DNA from: Catajapyx aquilonaris
Taxonomy: Eukaryota
Direction of reading: 5' to 3'
Assembly: GCA_000934665.2 (NCBI GenBank)
Contig: KZ538121.1
Span: forward strand, 1 to 64,000
DNA: 64,000 nucleotides
This document shows, piece by piece, positions 40,101-52,100 of this stretch (its first letter is position 1; every line of letters starts with the position of its first letter). The notes below the pieces were generated by a model. It was not told the origin of the DNA. It did no database searches and worked only from the letters and a program-made list of their open reading frames with translations. The position numbers and the translations under genes were made by a program.

Positions 40101-43100
40101 GGGAATAAAAGGCTCCAACAGACGCCATCTACCCAACGGAATTTCCACCTCTCTTCAACTACGGGTTTTCAACAATTTAAATGGGGGATGGGGGGGAACA
40201 TCGAACAACAAAGTGAAATTAAAAACTTGGTGGCACAGAGAGAGCGAGCAATAAACGATTGAGGGGGCTTACCTTCCTTCCCTGGCGTCGGCAAAAAATC
40301 GACAGAAACAAGACCAAAAGTTAGAAGATCTTGTCCCCCAACTTTTACTTAATCAATCAACAAAACTCTCTGCCACAACTTAAAACAAATGGACTGTGAC
40401 AGAAATAACAAATAAATAAAAAAAACCATGTGGTTGACATTTCACACCTAACTGAAAGCCCGCGAAAAAATTTTGGCAACTAAAAAAAACCACAACACAC
40501 TGTATAACCTACGCTGGAAAGGTCCAGTCAATTCAGAAAGGTTGTCTAACTTTGCCCTGTTTAAATATGGCGTCCATGACGTCACTGGATCGAAGCTGTG
40601 ACGTCATCTGATCGAAGCTGTGACGTCACTGGATCGAAACTGTGACGTCACCGTTCCAGGTGACGGCAGAGGCGCCATATTCAAACCCCGTTTACATATC
40701 TCGTAATTTTGTGGCCATCCTATAGAGCTCATTGTTAATAATTGATGGCGACATTTTTTTGTTGCAATAATGATGCTACGTCACAGTCGCTAATTAGCGG
40801 TGCATGCACATTAAATAAGCAGGACATGAGCAAGTAAATTTTTCTTACCTGGAAGTGGAGGATGATGGTCCATATGAGTCCAAGGGTCAGCTTTGGGTTG
40901 CCGTCGACTATGTCTTCGGCCCTTATGTTGACCAGCTTTATCTGCGATGAGGACATGGGGGGGTCAAAGGTTGCCACTGGGGAGGGTCAGCCACTATATA
41001 GATATTTACCTTTCTGTATCTAAGAAAATCCAAGGAGATCTGCACGTTCTGCAGCATGTGGAATCGCATCCGACCCCTCTCTCGAGGCTGGCAAAAATAA
41101 ATAATTGCGGAGAAATTAATTAGCACAACTTAATAATTTACAGGTCATATTATAACAGCTCACCAGATGTTCCCCTGAGAGCACTTCCAGCAGAGAGATG
41201 AGGTTGTGTCCATCTCTAAGGTCTTCAAACAGGTCACGAACATGTTTATTTCCCTGAAACGAACAAAGCACATGAAGCTCTGTCAACAATGGCTCAACAA
41301 TGCAAAAGGGGGTGGGAAAAAATAGTGCAGATTCAGCCTCTATAGAAAAAGGCACTCAGCAAAAAGCACATCGAAGCAAAAAGACTACTGTGTACACAGA
41401 CCGGAACTCGATGCAGAACCGGCCCCGGAATGAAGTGGGCCGGTTCCGGATCGGGTGCCTATATTATAATTTGCGTTGACTGGTGAGGAGGCGTTTAATT
41501 GTGCAGGGGAAGGAAAAAAAAAGCATTAGAAATGTGTCATGCAGGCGACACACTTGCGTTATTGTCACACAGCGGCTCCTATAGACAATAAAACATATAT
41601 ATAATCTACGAGCAATAGAAAAGGTGATCATAGTAAAAGCCAACAAATCGTATTTGGTGATGGTGACTTCACAACGTGTGAAGGTAACAACACTGAACTT
41701 ACAATCTGCGAAGAGCAAGTTTCGCAGCCGGTTTCGCACACGTGGAGACATGTATAGGTCTGGAAGGAGCCATAAAAATATATATATAATATAACAATAA
41801 TTGTACCTCATTCCGATTTTTTTTTCGCCCACGATAAGTACTGTAACCGATTCAATTTGAACACAAACATCAGTTTACAGCGTGCGATATAAACATTTGA
41901 AAATGCAACAAAAACCAACCTGCATATAAGTCCAATGCTGCTCCGCATGTAAAGAGACATAAATTTGAAATTACTCAACTTTGCAACTTTTTTTTTAACG
42001 AGTAAGCATGCGACATCTCATGTCGCGAAAAGGGTCACGTGCTTTTTTTTTGCAACAGTGGAGACTTGGCAAAAGTGTGTATACCGCACTGGGATCAATA
42101 TAAGTCTAGACCAGAATCGCAGGTCAAATTAACGCTGGATTTTCCAACCAAATGAGTCACACAGTGTCCACAATGATGTCCCTATTTGGAAACTCGCATC
42201 AGCATATCCTGGACTGTCCCACTTATTTCATCTATTTTTCCTTCACGCACTAGGTCATTAGCATGCATCCCCTAAACAATGAACGGTTATGGAAGAAGCG
42301 CGATGAAGCGAGGCCAGCGGGAGGCCCCCGACTACTTGTATATACCTCCCAATCAATCAATCAATCAATCAATACGCCCTGATCGGACAACAAGGTGCGG
42401 ATTATTACAGCCCCCCAGTCCGTCTCGGGTCAATCACCGTGTCTGTCTAGAGAAAGTACAGGGTGGTTCCCATCCCAGAATTTTTGCAAAGGGCAATAAA
42501 TCCAGCCTGTGACAAAGTGTGTGACTCACAGAATGTGTGTATAGTGATTGGCTTGATGGGTCTCGTAAAGGGCATGCCTTCTTTTACGAGCCACTTGACA
42601 CCCCGCAATGTCAGACTTCTTTCAAGAGAGGATCCCCTCGTATAGGGGCATCGTATAGGGGGAAGAGAACAGGCTTTTTAAAAAACACCCATTACAAATT
42701 CAGCGCATGATGGACCCATTACATATCTACAGCGTAATTCGCGCAATTACCTCAATTATTATGAGTTACTATATACATTGCTCCAGGGAAGAGTGGCACT
42801 GCAGTAACGTACGCGCCCACGGATATTAAAGGTCCCGGGTTCGATCCCCACCCGGGGTTCCCCACCTTTTATCCGTGCAGAGTTGGGTCGTCTCTGGCTT
42901 CACTTCGGGTGGCAGTGCATATTAATTTTCGGGGGGCTCCTTGAGAATTCAGGCAACGTCGCAAGTTTCGCCCTGGAAATTTTTACAGCAGTTTCAATTA
43001 ACCTGGGCACTGGTCCGTGTCACCGTGTGTTCCAGTGTGCTTCCGACAGTGTCACAAAATAAAGCTTCCATTATTATTAGGAACCAGTGGCACCAGGTGA

Positions 43101-46100
43101 GAGGGAAAGTCTCTACACTTTTTTTTTATCTCTAAGAGAGTTACAAGGCCAAAAAGCACAACGATGACTTTCGTTTTTCTAACCCGGCAGCATTGCTTCA
43201 CAGCACATGGGTTCTAATTAATTGCGCGCAAAATGATGTCACTCGGTATACGTCATTCAAATCCAAATATCTCTGTACATATTTTAATCCCAATGCACTT
43301 TCAGCAGCATAACATTTCCGCCAACCACATAGCTACATAATATCCTCTTCCTAAACCAGATAAAGACACATCCTGTCAGATTTGCATCGTGTAGTGTCGC
43401 ACTGGTGGATCCACCAGCCGATGGGGGGGAAAAGAGCGAATCCAAATGTGCCTGAAGTCATTCGGATGCAAATTTCAGATTCGCTCTTTTGCAGCCATTC
43501 GCTCTTTTGCAGCCATCAGCTCGTGGCGCCATTTGACTGTTCATGAACCGTGGATATGGAGGGCAAGGTGAAGGTGGCACGCCCTTTTTTTTTTTGCAAG
43601 ACACCTCAAAATAGCAAAATGGCCGAACAACCTGTCTGGAGGGTGATGTTCAAGCAACACGCGAAACAAACAACGCCCAAATTCAAAATGGCCCTATAAC
43701 AGCTTCTCTCCTTTTTTATTATTGTTGCAAGTAATAATTAATGCACGCGCGCGTTATATGTGCGCAGACACACAAGGTGAGCCGGCTTCTTGCGACAAAC
43801 CGCATTAATTCGCAACTTGCTCATTAAGCTCTTTGCAATCGTGATGTCATCTTTGCAGCAAGTTTGCAGAAAAAAAAATCGCAGAGTAAGACCAACCTGA
43901 CCAGCATTTAAGGTATAATCCGATCTGTGGACAAAAGAGGCATATCCTAAAATGGACAAAGTGAAGAAAGTGGGCGCCAAATCCACTCGACTTCCTGGCG
44001 CCTTGCTGGAGACACATGTCCCACACACACTGTCCAAAACTATCAAGACGCTTCCCCCCCAAAAAATCCGAGCATTTATGGTCATTAGAAGAGGCATAAG
44101 TGGAAGTAATCTCAAGAGTTCGTCCACAATTTTTTTTAAATAATAAATATTTTACATCAGTAACTCTCTCTAGAAAACCCCCTCTTTTTTAAATCTAGTT
44201 ACTGGAAAATTCCAGCCTTTTTAAGGAGAAGCTATTGGAACACCCTGTGCATGGAGGGGGTAGACAACCTCCGCTTAAATTTTTTTTTAAATAAAAATAT
44301 GACACTTGTGGATGATAGGCAGCCACTTTTAGCAAACTGAAAGCCAAGTGTTGTTGGCCGGATGAATGACCAGAGTGTCCATGCCCTTACTTTATACCCT
44401 CAACTCCAAGTACTGAGTAACACACAAGACGTAATCGAGCAACTTGCACTCTCCCTCCTTTTAAGGAAGCCTGAAATCCTTCGAGAAGGAAAAAAAAAAT
44501 CGCAAAATCTGGTTCCGTTATTCAGTCGGCCATATCTTCCCAAAATCTCATATTGTGAAAGTTGGTCGTTTTAGCATATTTTTTCCGCCAATTCGCGCCA
44601 ATTCCAGTCAATAATTCCAGCGACAAATAATTTGTCTATTAATTCATCCATGCAACTTTTGCATATGCCATTAATACGAACAGTATTTTCCGCAAGAAAC
44701 GAAAGTGATTCGCGGTAATTACCGGAGTTGTCCCAATTTTCACTCCGATACGTCAACAATCTATGCTAAAAAATTTATGTCCTGTTGTCTCAGCACCTGT
44801 CGCAGGTGTTGCAGCCAGGGCGTCACCAACTGGAAATTCCTGTATGCAAAAAAAATTTACCCCACCCAAATATTGCAGAGGTGGTCGCAGCATCACACAT
44901 TCTGACACCCACGCTTTGAAAGCTAAATGCATTTGACATTCAATGGATATCAATCATATTTTTTTCTCTCTGAATTGTACTTTTTTGCCATTTTTTTTTG
45001 CATGGCAGTGGAGCGATGTTGCACAGCATGAATCACAAAAAAAAAGGTGGAAATAATAGCCGTGGGTTTCGTGATTGGATTACCTGGGGGCTGTAGGTAA
45101 CTCGCTCAAGGTCTCTGGTCCGCCCTCGTCATTATTCAAGAACTGGCAGACAGGTATGATCAAAAAGGAAAGGAAGCCAAGCCCAAGAGAGCTTCGGAGG
45201 AGACCCATTCCGCTGGACTCTAACCAGCACTTTGCTAATGACCAGTCTTAGGATGCTCAGTGTCCATTAAGCATTTCCTTTTTCCTCTCCCTCGAGAAAG
45301 GGTTTGATCCGCCATTTTTTTTTTTGGCTTCAAAAAAAGACTGGTTTTCTTGATGTGTATGAAAGCGTGGCGGTTTGGGGGTCATAACGTGCTGGAGAAG
45401 GGCGCCGATAATTATTCTCCCGCTCAAATTTTGCACTACTGGTCACAAAACCTGTTCAGGTTTGCAGCTCATTAATTAATCAGCTACCAAATATTTTTTC
45501 CTCAATAACTGTTGGGCAATCAGGAAAATGCTGTCACCACTTTTCAAAAGTTAATCCCCCCTTTTTTGTGACGTTTTCCTCACATTAATCTTGACAGCTG
45601 ATACATCTATCTCCAACTAAGTCACCGGCAAAGATTGCGTAAGATGGTTTTCTTGTAACTTTTTTTATCCCCCTCCCAATGTGCCACCCTGTACACACAA
45701 AAAAAAGACGTGTGTTTGAATCGCTAAGAGGTTGAGTGACCCCATTTGAAAAGGTGTTGTCCAGCATCACACACACGTGGTGGTTTCTCTGGCAACATTG
45801 TAAAGAAAAAAAAGAGAATCCTTCGCCCACATATCATCATCATCATCATTTTTCGATGACGAAACTGCGACCAATCCCACTCTCTGCCCAAAATGGGGCA
45901 CAAACCAAGAGAGGCTACTACCCACTTCATGACATCTTGTGACGCAAGGCAATTGTGACGCTGCGATGGCCACGTGGGTTTTACACTACTCGCAAAAAAA
46001 ATTGCACAACTAAGAGTGGGCACGAGAAAACCCACGCGACCAACAAGCTGATAAATTTGTAATCGAACTGCAATAATATGCAACAAGTACTTTCACCTGC

Positions 46101-49100
46101 CATGATGTTGCCAAGTTCATACATTGTTTGCACTGACGTCACTCACTCGGAATACTAATTTGGACGCTGTTCCGCTCGGTTGAGTACGTGTGAAGAAAAA
46201 AAATTGGACAAAGATTTTTTTAAAAAAACAACCTGTTGGAAGTACAGGATGTATTATCCGCCGAATATGACATATGGCAAGTGTGTGATGCCTCCTCGTG
46301 CGCTCTGTACACTCTTTTCGAGTTCAACATCCTGAGGCTCATCTGCCTGCAATCTATAGATAGCCAGCTGTGTGTGAATGCAAAGGAACAGGGCAAGATG
46401 CCAGAAGTTGGGGGACGCCTAATCTTCCGTCATCAAAAGAAAGCTCATTCCAACCAATCCCAAAACCGAGCAACAAACACAGTGTACAAACACACATTGG
46501 GCTGAGTAAGTCAAACGAGACGACTTCCAAAGACAAAAATGTTGCCGCGAATGCCTCTTCCGGAAGCAACACAGGAAACTGTCCCCCACAAAAAAAAAAA
46601 AATATTGGGGCGAGACTGTAGGGGGGCCACATTTTGAGCCTTGGTCACTAATTAAAAGGCTGATGAAACAAAAGTGACAAATGTAAATAAAGCTAGTGCA
46701 GGTGCTGTGAATGAGCGTTTTCTATAATTATTCCGAGCCCTTGCGAATTGCACAGGTGTCGAAAGAGTTGTACGTCTAAGTCTTCACGTGACAGTCCGGA
46801 CGATGCACCCGAGTGTATACACAGATGGAGCTATGTTTACACTAGTGTATAGCCGACGGTCAAAGGTCAGGGTCTCGCCCAGATCACCCCCCTGGAGTTT
46901 ACTTTTCTAACGTTATGCCGAAGAAATGTTGGCAACAATGTGACGCAAATCATGTCATCCCCATCCTGAATATATAAAGTACGTGATGTGAAGGTCGTAA
47001 ATGCTACAAAAAAATAAGTGTCATCGCGTATTCTTTGGGTGGAGTTGCTCAAGTGCGTCCTGATACGTAATCGAGACGTTGTGACATAATAATGGAGATG
47101 CTGTGCACCACCCTTCCAGATAATGTGCGTGAGTGTAAGTGTGGGTTACATTATAGTCCTTCTAATTGCGCGATAGATCCTCTTTTTTTTCCTGCATCCA
47201 GAATAACAATTGATTGGGGGGTGCTAGGCCTCAACCACATGTTATTTGGCCTGCAAATTATCGCCTCCTCAATTATACGTCCCCAGCAATTGTGACTCAG
47301 CCAATTAAACAACACTTAAAATGGCGAAACTACAAAAAAAAACAGGGTAATTCGCTCCTCTTGGATTGTTGCAAACGAGAGTAACAGACAATTAGACATT
47401 ACCTTCTTGAGATGTTTGTTGACCCACTTGGTGAAGGTCTTTTTCTGGATGGCGTCGCGTTCATCTGGAAAAGTCGTTAAGCACACGGTTAGAAAATAAA
47501 AATGCTAATTAGTGCACATAAAATTTTTGGCAATGATAATAATCCGAGCTGCAGTTTAACGTTACATGGGCTTTAAAAATGTACATCAATGAGAGCACAT
47601 TTCTTTTGACATTTTCCTGCAATTAAAAAATTTCATTGTTAACTTAACACCAGTCCAGTGCTATCCATTTTTATATCAATGTGCAGGATGGTGCATTGCC
47701 CCAAAAAAATCAATCGATTAAATTAATTAATTAAAGGTATGGAAAGCACTGGCATAAATGATTAATATTTAGCTCACCAAAAAAAAAAAATAATCAAACA
47801 GACAATACCACATGAAAACATTACACAACTGTAATCATACAAACACGTCACAGCAAATATGTAAGTACTCACTCGCACGCTACTAAAATTACCGAATCTA
47901 CGTAATGCAATAAAGCGATGGCAAATCAGAAGATAACCGACCCGAGCAAGGTCAACAGGTAAAAAAGATGACCGCAAACCTATATTAATAACACGCTCGT
48001 TTTTAGCTCAGCTCATCCGTGCCTAATAGTCAGTTTGCAAGGGACCGATAGTCTTGAAGGTGTAACGACACCGAGTGCTCGCTCGTTTATTTATTTATTT
48101 ATTTTTATTACCGCGGTGTTGTTCGCGTGACGGCAATTGCGACGAGGAGGTTACAACAATGTCGATGTGGAAACAATTACTTCGGGCCATTAAAAGACGT
48201 GACGACAGGTACTTCAAAGGTGACGCAAAGATAAGCGCGGGCTTATCCTCAAATGCAAAACTGATACGTACAGTAAAGTACTTGAAAATTCGCCAAAAAA
48301 AAATCTGCCCCGCAATTATTATAATGGATGACGCCCCGGTATGGCTTCAAAAACAACGCGAATCGTATCAGACCGATAAGATTAGAATAATGTACGTGCC
48401 ACATTTGGTTGCAAATTTATTTCCAGCACACACAATGTTGCCAAATTTGTTCATTCCCCCGGCCGTACACGAAAGGTGAACGAACCAGATTAAGGCTCAC
48501 ATTACGTGTGATTGAGAGCTAGTTGAATGATGTAAGTGTTTCCAACCCACTGGATGTCCCACAGCAGAAGGTGCCCCTCCCAGTGACCATTTATATGTAC
48601 GGAGGCGGACATTACAGCATGTGATACCAGGGAACCCCCCCTTTATATGGACAAGGCCCCCCCGAAACTTTGCGTGGGATATACTTTTATATAGGTCAAA
48701 ACCTGCGCACAAAAGAAGGTGCTGGAAGCTTCTTTTCCTCTTTTCTCACATTAAAAGAACTTTGGGAAAACTTTACACGACCTCACGCTTGAACTGTACC
48801 GGTCTGTCGGGTACACACAACACGGAAGAATTAGCTCATTCCCCATCCAAACAATGGCCCCCCAAAAAGACCTTGGCCACATGTTCCCTGAAAATAAAGG
48901 TGCACATGCTGTGCATCATGCGTGATGAATAAAGGGTTAGCAGCAAAGTGCACACGTCCAATCAAAGGGGGTAATCACTTCGGTACTCCGGTGTACACCT
49001 GCGAGTGGTACTCCTTGAATTTGGTACTCCATAGTGTACACTTTCCAGTCTAGTGATTACCCCCTTGCATCCAATGGCTCCGTCAGAAGGGGGTGTCATC

Positions 49101-52100
49101 AGCAGGCCAAAAATCCACATAGAGAATTGATATAACGAGAGAGGAAACCGTACCTACAATGTTGATAAAGAACGTCCATAAATCCCACAAACCTTTGAAC
49201 TTGCTAAGGTTTTCTTCGTACCCGTACTGGGTAGGGTCGTAGATTTGCCCGTGGGCAGACTCCGAGGCGTCGTTTGGGTCGAACCCAAGACGGTCCTTGT
49301 AGTAGGACTGGTTCGACATTATTATCTCCTCCTTTTTTTATATATGTGTAGGGAGAGCCCCTGTCACTAATTCCACTCTCCGGAGATTCCACTATTTGGT
49401 CGGTCGCTGGAGGAGATCACTGCACGTCACTTTCTAAGGAATTTCAACACTTTTAAGAAAAGAGATAGCTCAGCCATTCATATCCCCCACTCCAAAGATT
49501 TGGTCCGTTTCACACAACGTACAGGTCAATGCACACGTATATCAAAACTACTGGGAAGTCACGTCATTTCGTCTCAAACTGCCTCCGGATGACCACCTTC
49601 CGAAATTTGCCTCTCCTTGACCACCTACTGAAGGTAGTCAAGGAGGGGCAAATTTCACGGGGGCCGATACCCCGGGGGCGAAATGTCCGGGAGCGAAACG
49701 CCGGGGGCGAAATGTCCGGATTCCTGTGGCGCCACCAGTGCACTGTACGTTGTGAAAAAGGTGATTTAAACGCACCCTGGGGGGGTCAACAAATTTTGGG
49801 GGGGTCAAGAATGGCGAGGATATAGCCTGCAGGCAGGACTAGGGGCAGGGGATCAGCACGCGCCCTGGTCCTTGGGCTGTTGGGGGCAGACTGAGAGAGA
49901 AACCCCCAAGTGGGACAAACCGCCTCTCAAAGGGCTCAAACCAACCAACCAACATTCTCCGCCAACACACAGCCTCCCCAGCCCAGATGGCCTTTTAGGG
50001 AATTCCTCCTATATAACCCCCTCCTACCATCCTCCACCCTTCTTGTCTTTTCTTTTTGTTCTTCGCACTATATTGCCAAAGAGTTAGCCAATCCCCAGTT
50101 GGCAGGGAGATATTTGCACTTTACTGTCCCTTCCGGCAACATCATACCCGAATGTCACCCCCCCTTTCAAGTGGGACGCTGCATTTTTTCGTCGCCTACT
50201 ATACATTTCGTCATCACAAAATCGCGTAATCTAGACCTGCCCACTCTATAGGAAAGATCAGGTGGGAGTCATTCAAAGTCAGTGGCTGGCTGTCCCCAAC
50301 TGAAGCCCTTGCATCAGGTCGGCCCATTCAGTGGGAGGGAAGCGCATGAAAGTGAACCTGACAGAAATGAACATATTCAACTGAAAAATGTGCTACGTAC
50401 AGCACAACGTGAAATGTGCACAGCTGCTGGCATATGAGTCAGATCCAACAGGTGGATCTATAACCACATGTATAGTGGAATTATCGCGAATTTGGTCCTG
50501 CAGTGCCATGACATATTTAACTACGAGATAAGGACCCCTGTGCGCGTCACATTCCTACCCATGAGAGAGATGAATTCTCATTAACAAATCTCTTATCTCT
50601 CAGTCATCCAGTAACAGGGCAAGGACCAGTACAATGTGATGTCACACTCTCATGCGAAATCTTCCCAGAACTTTAGTCATGCGTGCAATACCGCATAATT
50701 CGCACATTTCTAGGTTGCCATGTCACGTTACCAGCAAATCATGCGTTAAAAAATAACGGGGCAGCATCGAGGGAGCTGATTGTCTAACAATAAACGCGCC
50801 TACGTCACCGGAATTAAACGGCTTAATTTAGGCTCAAATTCAATGAGATTGTCTAACAATAAACGCGTCTAAATATTCTGACGTCACCGGAATTAAACGG
50901 GGCCTAATTCAATGAGATTGTCTAACAATAACAGCATCTAAATCTGTGCAAATTTTTGGCCGGATATTTGATCGCAAATTAGTACGATGCCGAATGATAT
51001 TTCAGCCAACAATCGAACACAGGCGCAACTTACTAATCATAATATGCGGCCAGCTGCAAAAAATCATACAGCGTATCGCTTTTCGCACGCATAAAAAACC
51101 GACGCCTTTTACGCTTTATTCCTTCGAGGAGTTTTTGCGAAACTACAGTGTATATCCTCGAGGCGTAACAATTGGGCAAAAATACTCAATTTTTTTTTGG
51201 GCACACCGCCTGAATTTGGCACAATAACAAAGGCTGCCAATTAATCCCCCACAAAACCGTTGGGATGAATACATGATAAGACCATATGTCACGTTGTATT
51301 CCGCAAATGGAAGCCCCCCCCTGGCTCACTGCAAAAATTGATGGGGGGAATCCCCGTGATATTCCGCGAGAGGGACATCGATTGGCTGAGCTTTGTACAT
51401 ACGACATGTGGGTACGACGATCCACATACTCACACGCACTTTCACATACACACAACACGTGTCCGCACCACCGACACCGGTATACAACGCCACATTGTTC
51501 GAGGTCCGGCTCAGGCTGCCGGCCTGCTCACTACTATACTGATGATGGTGCCACACATTCACAGAAGGGGCTTGGAAGGTGTGGTGGGAGAGAGAAAAAA
51601 AGGGGGGTTGAGAGAGAGAGAGTGAACAGGATGTGGAGAGGGGGGGGGGGGGGNNNNNNGGGTGAACTACAGAGGGTGGGGGAATGCACTTCACGCTACT
51701 TCCAACTCCCTCTATCTGCTCGTGCAAAGACCTAGCAACAAACTCTCACAACACACACTCTCTTAATATGAACACAACACACATCAATGTGATGACTATT
51801 TATATGCAAAATCACGATAACTGTAGCGCTCATGCACACTGGCGGCCGAAAGAGCGAATCCAAATTTTCCCCCCAGCTCCAGATCATTTCATCATAAAAA
51901 CCATCATTTCCTGGCTGGTACATAGAATGTTGTGTGTCACATTCACAGCTAATCACTGATTTAGTTAATTAGTGAGAATGCCGTGACAGCATGTGGTCCT
52001 ATAGCTCGAAAGACTACATGACATCGCCGACTAAAAATAAATCAAAAAAGTGGCGTCACAAGTCTTGGGTCTTTGGTGACACAATAGAAAGTGACAACAC

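Noticed and set aside
42784..42870. Functional tRNA gene
   Set aside because: B-box present, but no convincing acceptor and anticodon stems; SINE-like
46233..46345. Possible extra shot exon in the CH1 intron
   Set aside because: One frame stops and the other ends in phase 2 with no compatible partner exon found; donor is weak
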